A stretch of DNA of 64,000 nucleotides from Psilocybe cubensis. Lineage: Eukaryota. This document shows positions 38,534 to 50,975 of this stretch, in pieces. The position numbers were made by a program, and so were the translations under genes. The stretch's first letter is position 1, and every line of letters starts with the position of its first letter. A model generated the notes under the pieces. The model saw nothing but the letters and a program-made list of their open reading frames with translations. It had not been told where the DNA came from and made no database searches. The stretch spans positions 3,162,001-3,226,000 of the forward strand of contig CM039001.1 of assembly GCA_017499595.2 (NCBI GenBank), read 5' to 3'.

Positions 38534-40406
38534 ATGGACTCTGTCATCGACGACTTCAACAAATCACTGGTAATCGATAGAACCAATAACCCAGGAGCTA
38601 GGTGAGTGGGATGTGCTTTCGGACTCGTGGTTTGCCAAATCTCGAGTACCTGCCAGAATTATGGGCTAATTCTTCAACCCTTTCCTTTATGTATCTCCAG
38701 CAATCTTAATAATCCTTCTGCGCAAACCCAAGTGTTGGAAAACACCGATCTTTTGCAAGAAATATTCTATTGCCTACCCACTACGCTTCCGGAGTCCAGG
38801 ACGTGGAATAAGCATCTTCTATCGATATCTCTGACTTGTAAAGCATTTCTGGAACCTGCCTTGAATGTTTTGTGGGAAGAGCTGCCGCCCCACCGTTGGA
38901 TTCATCTGATAAGTCTTATTTCGTCTGTATCACTGCAGGGCAACAGACTTGTGAGTGATATACTGAATATTTCCAGCACAAATTTGCTAACACTCCCTGA
39001 AGATTGCAAACGATGTCCTGTCGGATCAGAGTCTTCATAGGTTCGATTATTACGCGCAACGTATTAAAAACATTCACATGACGACTTCTGCATTTAATGC
39101 GATGTCATTCGACATCGCTTCCTGTATCATCGTATCCCGACAATTCAACGCTTTTCCAGCTCTGCGCTCTTTACGATGGACGTGTGACGTGGTCCCAACT
39201 GAGCTGAATGCCAGCTCCTTGGTTGTTTTAGCTTCACAACCACTCACCACTCTTTCTATCCAAGAAGAGTGTGATCCAGAACCCAGCAACATGTTTTTCG
39301 TGTATTCTCTTATGACAATCATCTCCATCAGATCACCAGATCTGACTCACCTTGACTTGCGAGGAGAGATTGTTGAATCAGCGGCTAATTTACTCCCCAA
39401 ATTCGAGAGAATCAAGCGACTATCCCTTCTAGCACCTTACTGTCAAGATGCCAATATAATCAAGGATATCCTTTGGCATACCAATACACTAAATGACCTG
39501 ACAGAACTCGATATCAGCGTACTTTTTTGGATGCAAAGGCCAACAGGAATGACCATAGAGCTGGCTGCTTTAAAAACGCTTGGATTATACGGCCCCTTGG
39601 CATTCATCGATTATTTCTTCAGCGTTGTAACGGCACCTCAGGTAACGCTCCTCGACATAATAATTTCAACTTATGAAACCAGGGGCCAGAGCGAATCCTT
39701 TCGATGGATTGACCAAATTGCGATGCTAGCCCCCAGTGTGCAGTATGTCATAGCAAGTAGTGACCTCCATGCCATGGAAAATAGCGATAGCCCACATAAC
39801 CGTCACAAACTACCATCATCACTTTTTTTCGGGATGTTGGCGTGCAAGCGGCTCGCTCATATCAATGCAAGTCTGGTTCTGGAAGAAAAAGATATTTTAT
39901 CTCTCGTGAATTCAGGAAAACAATGGCCTCTGATTAAAGAGATTGACCTGCACGGCGAGGAAGGACGCCTTGGCGTGCTCCCTTGCCTTTTATCCCAGAT
40001 CGATTTGTTTGCAGAGGCTTTCCCAAATCTCAAGAAGCTATCGATGGCTGTTTCCTTTAGGATGGAGCCCTCCGAGATTGAGCGCATGCACGAGCGCATC
40101 CGAGGGAATCATCCCTGTCACAAGCTAGAGTCCCTAACACTACGCAGCGCTGTGAAGCAACTATCCCAAGAGGTTCACGCCCCGGAGTACATTGAACGAT
40201 GCAAAGAGGAATTCGGCCCTTTGACTGTTAACGAAAGTATTGAGAAGGTAGCAAGCCAATTTATCGATCACGTCTTCCCTCATCTGCTTCATTTCAGCAT
40301 CGATGAGATTTTCTACTTAGATGAGGGATTGCGTACAGCTCTTGAGTCCATGGTCCGGGACAGGATTAACGGAGCCAGAGATCACATTTGCCCACTGGCA
40401 ACGTAG
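38534..40406 (+). CDS. F-box-like / LRR-like protein, 3 exons
   Basis: MDSVIDDFNKSL..|..VLENTDLLQEIFYCL..LLSISLTCKAFLEPALNVLWEEL..|..RFDYYAQRIKNI..FPALRSLRW..FPNLKKLSM..FIDHVFPHL. Confidence 0.8.
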
Positions 40407-41139
40407 GATTCAAGAATCTTGTTAATTTTCTGTGCAAAACTCAGGTATCGACAGGCAATGGAGATAATCAGATTGAGATGATGTACCATGGTGAGCGTCG
40501 ACTTAAACCGATAACAGTAGCATAGCAACTTGAGGAGTTTCCGACTTCGCTGTCCACATTCTGATTCTAGACCCTATTTCCTCTTGCAATTGTCTCATGC
40601 TGTCTGTAGTATTATTAGTTACTGAAATAACAGTTAAAGCCAAAGGCTATTGTCCCTCTCGAGCTCGAACTGATGCTGGTGAATCATTAATCCCAGGTAC
40701 CTGACGCCTGAAATACAAGCAGTTTTGGTTATCGAGTTGAAGTAAAGAGTTGACCGGCTTTTAACACAGCACTGGAGAAATAGACTAGGCGGCCTAAAGC
40801 ACCGTGACGCCGGCGCTTAATTGTCCTTGGATTATTGAGCTTGATATGCAAATTAGATTCTGCGAACACCGTTCTTCTACATAGCACAAAGACCGACTTC
40901 TGAGCAAATAGAGGTACGAGGGCCTTGACGGGACAAGAGAGTAGAACGTGTCAAGAGTGGTCCATGAATGGATCAGAGCAGAAGCTTACCCGACGAAAAC
41001 CTGACTTGGCGAAAGTATTTGTTTGTGTCGTCGAGATGACCCTTATTTAAAGTCATGATATCTAGTAAACTGCGTAACCGGTATCTGAATATTTTCGAGA
41101 GGTAGACCCGGACCAGTCCTCAATTCACCTCTTTTCCTA

Positions 41140-41353
41140 CACGGCTTGCGCTTGTGCATATTTGCCAGAAAAATATCTATCAGTAATTATGTTTCCTGTT
41201 CATTTTTGACATATTTGCCTGGAATTTAGACTTCGGGGTTGCCTAATCAGGGAACCCCGAAGTCTATATAGCTCAAAAATACGTCGAAAACGAACAGGAA
41301 ACATAACTACCAACAGATATTTTGCTGGCAAATATGTATGAGCGCCAGCGGTG
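41140..41353. mobile_element. Fold-back (MITE-like) palindromic element
   Basis: Arms 41157-41216 and 41277-41336 are reverse complements at 52/60 positions. Inner arms 41227-41240 and 41253-41266 match perfectly (14 bp). Weaker pairing extends out to 41140/41353. No coding capacity; the MITE identity is inferred. Confidence 0.6.
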
Positions 41354-42342
41354 CTAGAGGCTAAGTGGCTGCTGATTGGAACATGTCACCCCATTGTCCC
41401 TCCAAAATAGTCCACGCTCAAAATATTGCAAACGTATTTAATTTCTATTAAACGAGAGCAGCAAGTAGCGTACTACTCGGAATGATGGTTTCAAGATCAG
41501 GGATGAGAAAAAAGAGAAAAGATTTAGAAATCGACCAGCCCATCGACGATAAAACGCCAGATTTAGGCCCCAGCCTGATGCGAGTTGAGTCGCAAGGATT
41601 GAAGGATCGGAAGAAGAAATGTCGAATGCGAGAGGAAGAGTAGGAAGGAGTGGTGTGAGAATGGTGCGCGGTGACAGAACCGTTATACAAGCATATGTAA
41701 CAACAACAACAAACCAAGAAAACCAAGAAAGAGATGGCAAGAGAAGGGAGGTGGCAATATTTTCTAACGGTCATGCCGAATAGATCAACAAGCCGGCAAA
41801 TAAATGGGTAGTCCATAGACACGAGATGTAGTTGGGATGGCGAGAGCAAGGATAACAGGTGCCGGTGAACGCTGGTCGTTGAGGCATTTTAGGATTAGGG
41901 ATAGGATACAAGGGAAAGCGCGTAATTTCGTTGTTGGCATGAAAGCTGGTGTCATAGTATGTGAATTATAACGAGGGCTTAACTAAAGCCGTCGGTACAT
42001 TGATTGATTGGTGGAGACAGTAGTAGACGACGATAGCGTGAAGCAAAAAACAAGCGAGTGCTGTGGCCGGGCTGAGCATTTGGCTAATACATCCTGTATG
42101 TGGAAATATGCGTTATGTGTTGCGTTGGTACAAGGAAGCTGAATAATAAATTGGGGTTTATGTGATATTTCGTGAAACTCTGCGAGTTGAAGTGCAGATG
42201 GCTGGAGGCATTGATCATGGGATAGGGCTACACAAGTTGAGAAAGACAGAAAAAATCGATTGAACTTGAGAAGGGACAGTGGGGAATCGGAGAAAGCAGT
42301 AAGACTTGATTGGAAAAGGGATGCCGTGTTAAGTGCAAATTT

Positions 42343-44040
42343 CTAAACGATATCCCAAAGTTCTTCCAGGGCGCAACAGAACTAAAAAAGGGGGGGAATC
42401 GTTAGTACTCGAGTAAGATCCAATCGTGTACAACAAATCATTGGTTCCTTTCCGTTGCCCAAAAAAATACTAAACACATGCAACTTTGATCACAGAGCAC
42501 ATGATCAAAAATTGACCCCGAGGGCGAAGAAAAAAGGAGGCGGTACTAGAACAAAGAAGACACGAAGAAAAGTAAACGCACCTTTCCACAAGCAACACTG
42601 GCACTGAGTGGATAAGCACTGATACCAATCTTTTCATCGACATATGCATCAGCGAAATCGTCCTTTCCACGAGCCATGGCCCCAACAAATACTGCTATGT
42701 TGTGTGTCGTAGGAAGAGTCGGCAAGTACTTGGAGAGGCGCTGGGTGGGAGCATCACAAGACAGTGCTATGAAGAGAGAAGAAAATTAATAATCAGGCTC
42801 TTCAACACGGCATGTGTAACAAGCAACAGTGGAGACATACTGAGTTTGACGGTGTTCGGGGGAAGATGATCAGTAACAGGGTTCTAAAGGTGGAAGTTAT
42901 GTATACGATGAGCAACAGTGTAATAATGAAGGTGATGGACAGATTGATCTTCCTGTTGTACGTACTTTGACGACTTTTAGCAGCTTTTCGGGACCATTCA
43001 CCCCACGAATAGAAAGTTTGTGAAGGAGTTGCACTTTAGGAGTAATACGTAAGTGCATTGGTCGTCATGCTCCCAAGATCGACACTGAGACATACCCATG
43101 AGGCCACTAAATCGCTTGAAGGTACGTGGTATGCGCACATGAGGATTAACCTCGATAAGGACGCCGCGAGCAGTGTGAATGTAAACTTGAAGCAAACCCG
43201 CCTTGTTAAGTGGCGAATCGAGCAAAGTCAGGAGACACTATTTTGAAAGGAATATGAAATGATCAATGATCCATCAACGAAGATTGTGGTAAACGCAACT
43301 AGAGAAAAGCGTGCAAGGGAATGAAATCATACCTGATGTGTGATATCAGGTCTGGCATCAGCAATATCTCGACCAGTCTTTGCCAGAATGCCCTGATGAT
43401 CATCGCAATTTAGGAGGGTATATTTTGCTTCGCCTCCTTCCTTTCCTCCTCGACCCTTTGCACCAGATGATCCGCCCGATACCTTATATGCTTCCAAACA
43501 CGCTTGCTCCAGGATGACAAAAAGTCTGCGCTGCGTCGTCGCAGCAGCCCCACGGGGCACCTGAGCTTGCACAGGCAACATCAACGGGTTCGCGGGGTGG
43601 TGAATCGGGGCATGAGGATTAAGAGGTGTGGCTGTTGAAGCCATTTTACGTGACTTAGAAGAAGGAAGAGGCCGAGTAGGACGTTCTACTGCAGTCGTAG
43701 TGTGGTTGTGCGTATTTTTCAGAATCGTGATGGGAGTAGCGGTCGAAGGCTTAGGGTTAGCCCGGCTCTCGTCGTCGATTTGCATGACTGGCCCGTTTTC
43801 TTGTTCTTCCCCATCATCATCTCCCTGTTTCCGTTCCTCGCTTCGAACAGGGCTTTTTTGGCGTCGACGTTGGGTGGGACGCTCGCCAGGTGTTGATTTT
43901 GGTCTTGGTGGAGGTTCGATAGGCCCGTTGTCGGTTCCTAAAATTTTATTGATGTTGGGAATGCCCTCGGCATGGCTATTGTCCATGGACCCAGAATGCC
44001 GTCTGCGTCGCGCAGGTACTGTCGCTGTTGGTGCCTCCAT
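42343..44040 (-). CDS. NEP1: 18S rRNA pseudouridine N1-methyltransferase Nep1/Emg1 (SPOUT), multi-exon
   Basis: [103 protein letters not shown]. Confidence 0.96.
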
Positions 44041-45461
44041 CTTTCCAGCCGACACTTTTGAACGTTGGTTAGAAATTCGTGCTCGTTGTTAACCCCAAAT
44101 TTTCGAGATTCGGCACTTTTGGGAAAAAGGGTCGGAGTGGTATGAGAATGTCTGGCAGAATTCTTGCTTTAGTATGGTTTTATAAAATGCGAAAACGAAT
44201 GATTGTTTACTGACGTTGCTTAATTCTATCGTCCTGTACTCGACTTAGGGGCAGAACACAGAGATTAAAGCTAGGGGTTTACGTTCCCAACTTTTATATG
44301 GTTTTTTATGCACCAAAAATGTTGACAGGTCAGTGGCTATGCAAATACCCGATTAAGATCGGAACACGTGCGCCTATTTCGGGCAGCCCCTATTTTTCCC
44401 CACATCCTTTCTTCCTTGAGACTGAATGTTGGAATTCATCCAGATTGCACCTAAAACTGTTTAGTGACCACTAACCGGAAATATTGTCCTGCGTTACTGC
44501 AATTGTTAAGAGGCCATGAAAAGAATGACGCCAAAAAGGTTGCCTCGAGGTTTCACATAATGAAGACGGATATAACTCGATATCATCTCCATGTTCAAAT
44601 GCGACATATAAACACGGGTATCAATAACAATCGATATTAAGAATAGTTTTGAAAGCATGATATCGTTTCATTCCGCCGGTTCCAATTGGCATTCTTCTGG
44701 GGCCTACAGGATTTCAATCACTGAGCGTTGAGTCTCTCTCATGATTTCATTCGGAATCCGTAGATTGCTGCGCATAAATCAGTCTTCAAATCAGCAACAT
44801 TGAATGGAAACCTCGTACTCTGAAGTCAACCTTTGGTATTAATACCCTGCATCAACTTTTCATGCGAGAAAGGTCTACCTTTACTATGTATTCTTCGAGT
44901 TCATATCGATGTGAACATTTGTTTAAAGCCTGAGCTTGATTGCAATCAGAATACAATGATACTAACGGATTCAAGCCTTCGGATTATAAACGTGATCAAC
45001 AATGTAATTCCATTCGTTAGTTGGTAAAATATACATGATCCCTCGATTGCTTTTGGGGCATAGGAGTTCCAGTTTTAGACTACGCCGGTATAGCTTGAAT
45101 GAACAGATTTCCCACTGGCATGTCTGATTCGATGCACCAATCACCATTTAAGGATCGAAAGATTTATTTAATGGATGCATAAATGTTACCCCAAAAGCTT
45201 GACTTCAGTTTGAAAAGTTCGGCGTAACCTTAACCGGTAGAAGATAAGAAATAATGGCAAAGTAGATGTTGAAATTATAAAGCATGAACCAGAGGAGTGG
45301 ATGCCTGTAAAATCAGATTCAAAGTAGCATGTATAATAATATAAGTAATCAGATCTAGACTGGACCAACTTTAATGATGATTAGATGCTGTGAGGACTAC
45401 TTTAGTCGTCTATTAAACGAAGGCTATACGCTTTGAAAATTAAAATAGAACAGTGTTATGA

Positions 45462-45565
45462 GGCAATATGGCCGAGTGGTCTAAGGCGCCAGAATCAGGA
45501 GATTTGAACGTATTGTTCACTCTATCTGGTCCGAAAGGGCGAGGGTTCGAATCCCTCTGTTGTCA
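45462..45565 (+). tRNA. tRNA-Leu(CAG) with a 24-nt intron (45500-45523)
   Basis: Acceptor GGCAATA/TGTTGTC with discriminator A; D-arm GCCGAGTGGTCTAAGGC; anticodon stem CCAGA/TCTGG with T-CAG-G; long variable arm TCCGAAAGGG; T-arm GAGGG-TTCGAAT-CCCTC; T5 Pol III terminator at 45571. Confidence 0.92.
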
Positions 45566-45905
45566 ACATGTTTTTGCTTAACCTATTATTTGACGATCGA
45601 GAATCGGATCAACCAACGGATCAGCTTTATTTTATACTGACAACATCACTGGACTGGTAAACGAAGTTAGTCTGGAACCAAACTTGAAGCGCTATTCTAT
45701 TGACAGTTAGTCTAACGGCTAAGGAAATGGTTCCATCCTGCCAGCCACATTCTTAATGCCCTCAAAAATCAACGTATCTCCCCTGCCGCCTTTCTTGTCT
45801 TTCGCCAGTCTTTTTCGGCGGAGTATGCCCTTCACTCCCTTCTGAAGGCGCTTAACCTCACCTTATCTTCTAGGCTCTGACCTTGGTATCATTGTAGCGC
45901 ACACC

Positions 45906-47181
45906 ATGGCTCCCAAGGCCGCTTTGTTCATGAGCACAGAAGAGGGAGAACCTCTGATACCCTTTCACACCTTTCGTTTCAATCTTCGCACAGTCCTTAC
46001 AGCGCCTGATAATGCTACCCTTCCATCGGATCCCGCATCCCATAAACCTCCTCTCCACATTTTACACGCAAGGCCGTTCAACCATCTCAGTGTCTGGGCG
46101 TATCTTGCCTTCGCTTTTATTGTTCTTGCCACAACTACCGTCATTTCATATGCTATATACAGCTGTTATCACTCGTCGAGGAAGAAAATGGAGGCTGGCA
46201 TGGCCCTCCCTGTGATCCCCGTTGGACAAAACCGAGTGACTTGGGCTGACTTGGAGACTTCGGACACCTTGGTCAAGGTTGAACATACTGCTGGAGTAGG
46301 CGAAAAGGCTAACTTAGGCAGCGTACTGGACAGTAAAATCGGACTTGATATGGCACGCAACAGAGGAGGACACAAGAGGATAGACTCGGACAGCGAGGTG
46401 TGTATAAGATTTGGTTGATATTTTCTGTGCGATAAAACCCTCAATACTTTGACAGGTGAATATGTTTTCTCGACCTAGCAACTCTTCCTCTATGCCGAAT
46501 GTCAACGACATGTCTTTTGAGTCAGACACTCAATATTTGACTTCCCCACCTTTGGCACATACCTCGGACAAATCAGCGACATACATACCCTTCCATTTAC
46601 CTCCTCCGCCTCCGTCGCCTACTCCTGCCCATAAGGAGAACCTTGAAAGGCAATATCGTGGCCGCGTTCATCAGTCACCAGTGTCGCCGTCGCCTTCTTT
46701 TTCCTTCACAACTTCGTTGCCCCAGATCACCCCAATTAATCCCCAATTGTCAGCTGATGATCGTTCGAGACAACCTTGGAACTCAACGGCTCTAACAGGG
46801 AGCAGTCGATCCACCAGGCAATTGCATAATACAGGATTTGAGGAATGGGATGATACCTCTCAATTTGATACCAACAACAATCGCTTCGTACCACATCTCA
46901 ATCCCTTCATGGCTCCTCCCAGTGCTCAGCTCTGGAATGACCCCAAGCTTTCTCCTGTGCAAGGCTCTATGATTAGCAAGGCAAACACTTCCGGTTCATC
47001 GACTACGGGAGAGTCATCATTTTCCAAGGCTGTCATGGAGGCTTCATACTCTTCTCCCCCCGTTAGCGCCCGGAAGAGATCTAAGTCTATATTAGGCAAT
47101 GATGTCCGACGTCATAGAGAAGACAAGGAAAATGTGGACGGCTCTTTCCATGACATGCCTTATGGAAGGAATATTGCCTGA
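45906..47181 (+). CDS. Hypothetical single-pass membrane protein with a Pro/Ser-rich cytoplasmic tail, 2 exons
   Basis: TM segment VWAYLAFAFIVLATTTVISYAIY. An intron at about 46398-46456 joins the 170-aa and 241-aa ORFs. Confidence 0.7.
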
Positions 47182-47420
47182 GTCTTTCGGCATCCACGTT
47201 CAGAGAGGACAATATCATTATTATATCATGCTTTATGACAGTTGTTTGCTACTAGGTCACATACACATGTTACTATTCTCCCGAGACGCTTTGGATATTG
47301 TAAAAATTTATCAGCTTGTAAGATTGATATACTTAATTATATAAATGTATACACAGGTAAGAATGAAGTTAAGTTTCGATGATAAAAAGAGTAGGCTAAT
47401 CATCGGTTGACACGACAACC

Positions 47421-50114
47421 TCAACCTCCTCCACCGCAACCTCCACCACCACAACCTCCTCCACCACCACATCCACCACCGCCTCCCCCACATCCACCGC
47501 CACCGCCACACCCGCCTCCACCACCACACCCACCGGCAGCTATTATTATTAACAATGATACAATTGTTAAAAATTCAGATATCCAATCTTAATAACCAAC
47601 CGGAAAACTCACCGCCTCCCCCGCAACCAGAACTTCCACATCCTCCACACTGAAGGTTATAAAATATGGTAAGTAGAGCCGTTAACAGTAAATAAAGTGA
47701 AAGATTCTTACTCCGCTCGCAGACCCAGCGGTTTGACCTCCTGCGGATACGCAGGCTGCGGTTCCAGTCACCAGCTCAGGCCCATAGATAATTGGAACAG
47801 GAACTAAGAACGGAATAGTGTCGTGACGATATCCGTTTGAAGTCGACCTGGTGACATCTGGGCCATCCGAATAACCCACATAGTTAGTCTGGGAGCCAGA
47901 TCTGTTTCTCCTCCCCTCTGACTGCTCTTTCGCTGCCTTCTTGGCAGCTTTCTCCCGTTCCTTTTGCTTTTTCTTTGCTAAATTCTCGTACCTCTGATTC
48001 GCGAGCCTATGGGCCCGCTCGTTGCGCGCAACAAAGCGCACGGCATTGTGATCGCTTGGATGTGTGGCAGAGAGGAGGTCTGGTCGATCGAACGGTGTGA
48101 GGTGTGATGGGGCCGCGGAAGAAGGTTGGGTATATATCCCAACCATACGCGATAAACGTTGTCCTATCGTGTCTCCTGGAATAGGACACCCACAATGCGT
48201 ATATTGGACCCCAAAGCGCTCTTTCCAGGCGCGGCATGTAATGTCAAATGCAGATGAAAGCCTGATTCCTTCGACTTTGTCGTCACTGAGTCTCCCGTCA
48301 GAAAGTTCATTTGTATTGTCAATTGTACATACTGATCAATAAATCTTCCCAGATGTTTATTGCAATCAAGTTCATATTTGTTCGGGAAAAGCTGATGGGT
48401 ATGCCAAACGAGATCGATATCTAGCGTCGGCACGAAGAACGACGCGGGGGAAGAAGACATCAAGTCTAGAAACCTGTCATGACCTTAGTTCGATGTTGAG
48501 CGTATCACAAAGGTGTTGGCTTACGCATGATATCTAGCCAGTGCATGGTGGAGAGCTAGCTCGTCACTAGCGGCGTCGAAGAAACCAGGTGCTGTCCATC
48601 CCAGGTCATACATTTTTCCCACAAATGAGCCCTGCCGAAGAACCTACGACTTCCTTCAGCACCATAGATGTAGATCAGAAAGAATAGGGAAGTTACCGCC
48701 CCAACAAGCTCAACAGAATATATTTTGTCGTCGTTGTAAGCAGTCATAATTCGAGTGACTCTGTGGAGAGGGAGCAATACTGTTAGTTGCTCTGCGATCA
48801 ATAATTTCAAACTCACAGGCGGGGTTGGTATGAAAATCCCAGTCGAGTTCGTAAATTTGACAAGGAATATTTACAAAGCTCCATTATACCCAGGTACAAT
48901 TCCCTTTGGTATTGTGGGCTTCCATATGTGTGTTTTTTTAGAATTATATCTGCCTTGGACTTTACAGCATCACAAACTAGCTTTTTGGCCTTCTTGCCTT
49001 TTTCGACATCAAGAGTTGAAGATGTAAAAAAGCATCCACTAGATGAAACCAATCATCAGATTCGATGTCGAAAGTGAATACATGACCTGCTCACGCCAAA
49101 CTGTCTTCTGGATTCCCGGTGCTCGTCATAGAGAGATCCTGAGCTAACTTGGCGAGGGCCATTCTTTCCTTTGTTATCTCACCCATAGGACAACCTGGTT
49201 TGAGGCAAAAAACGCTGAACTTTTGCTGGAGATATCCCGACCCATCACTAGAGATATAACCTGAATTGGTCCAAGTTAGCTGACTCGGTGTATTACGCAG
49301 AGTGATTTAAATGACTTGCGGATACTGATACGCTTGTCGCAAGCAGGGCAAGATATCGTTTTTTCCGACATCTTGCCAACGTCATTCAATAGGTCAAACC
49401 CCAAGTTGCTTTGTCTCTCCCAGAATTCAATTCTAGCTTTTGAGGGAGGCTCAGTAAGAATTGATGAATTGAGCAAAAGTTCGTTGAATAATGGCTCCAA
49501 GGTCTTCAGGTTTTTGCATGCAGGAATGCGCATGCAGTCCTCCGTATACCATCTACACAGCATGTTAATCGACATGACTCAATTTGTGTTGTGAACTCAA
49601 TCATACCGAGGATTAAGCATATACGAGTGCCACACCTATATGGAATTTAAATCTCAGTTGATTTAATCCCTCCTCTATGATGGTAGTATGTACCATGATC
49701 ACATCAATAGGGGGGATAGCGGAAAGTTGAGCTGCACTTGCGTCCTTCGGATTAATAGATCTACACCAGATATCGAATCTACGCCGGGAATAATTAGCAG
49801 TAAAAAATGAAGACGTTCAATTGGGCATACCGCTCTACTGATAGTCCCACAAACCATGCCCACTTTCGGTCTTTTTCATGCGGCACATTTGGGAGGATGA
49901 ACTCTTTTTTCTCTACTGTGCTCTTCAAGTTTGCGAAGATATTCAAAAGTAATAAATGTCCTTTGACTTCCTGCAAACCAACCAAAGGCCCGGTAGTGGT
50001 AGTCGAACCAATTACATATGTCGAGGGGGGAGTGTAACTGGGTGGAAATGAATTTGCTGCGGTTCCCTTTGCGCCAGATGTGCTGTATGCTGGTGGGGAA
50101 GAGTCTTCAGACAT
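47421..50114 (-). CDS. DUF1399 / glycine-rich domain protein (GRDP-like), paralog 1, multi-exon
   Basis: WAWFVGLSVER, PPIDVIM..WHSYMLNP..WYTEDCMRI, YSVELVGAV, FFVPTLDIDLVWHTHQL, YTHCGCP, ATHPSDHN and a C-terminal (GGGGC)n tail ending at TGA 47421-47423. Confidence 0.88.
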
Positions 50115-50975
50115 CCTGTGGAAAGAAGGTGTAGTTCCGATAACGGTTTGCTGTTATTATATACTGCCGTTCTCTTCAGGTTGCTGTTTGGGGCTCTGTG
50201 AGATAGTTGGACAGGGCGACAGATACACAGCATTGAGGGCTGTTCGACTCGTCGGAATTGAGCAGCGTGCCCCTGTCGGAGTACGATACTCGATTCATTG
50301 AATCATCTTTCTCATACTAAACACAAGTGTCCACTGGTTTAAGCAAATTGCCAGTTACGCAGTGGCGGTAGCCTGGTTAATTCAACATTTTATTCATGAC
50401 GGTGTGAAAAATCCAAACGACGTACATCTTCCAATACTGTCGACATGCTATTTAAGGGGTCTAAGTGCGAAGCCTGTGCTAGCTATGTGGGAGTAACGTT
50501 AAAATGTCGAACGTTTACCGTGGCGCGTGATCATCTTGTCCAACTTTGTCATCCTCGGTTTCACATCGAGTTGATAAAGCGCCCGCGCAGGCGTGTCTAA
50601 AAATAACTCGAGCTCCTTTTGCCTCATTGAAAGACTTACAGCTGAAAAAATATCCAGTCTCGCCAGTAGTCCGAGTGATTATCACATTAAAAGCCATGAA
50701 TCAGAACCATTATTTCATTTAAAAGATTTTATTTATTGTAGATAAGTCATTGACACTACTGCATGCTATTGACAGTCATCGCGTCTAAGCCGGTAAACGT
50801 TTGAGGAGCCCGGAAACTGTCTAACAAAAGCTTGATAGTAATTTACGATCTTCCCCTAAGCCCTTGATTTACAAGTAAGCCCCTTTAGTATCACAAATAA
50901 TACTACACATTCTACATTTAATTAATGAGCAACTTCATGCAATCCTGAACGAGCGAGAACACGCCCAGCTTCTTT

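Noticed and set aside
43751-43760. TTAGGGTTAG telomere-like string
   Set aside because: It lies inside the NEP1 coding exon (ANPK codons) and is probably chance.
45494-45498. Reading the tRNA anticodon as TCA (opal suppressor or Sec)
   Set aside because: The stem register CCAGA/TCTGG puts T at position 33 and CAG at 34-36, and the body is Leu-type.
47400-47423. TGA at a Cys-like position in the Gly/Cys repeat followed by GGT TGT (selenocysteine or readthrough?)
   Set aside because: Paralog 2 also ends GGT TGA with unrelated downstream sequence, and Dikarya are not known to have Sec machinery. This is an ordinary stop.
47407-47592. Poly-Pro ORF on + and Trp/Arg-rich ORF on -
   Set aside because: These are shadow frames of the Gly-rich terminal exon of the DUF1399 gene.
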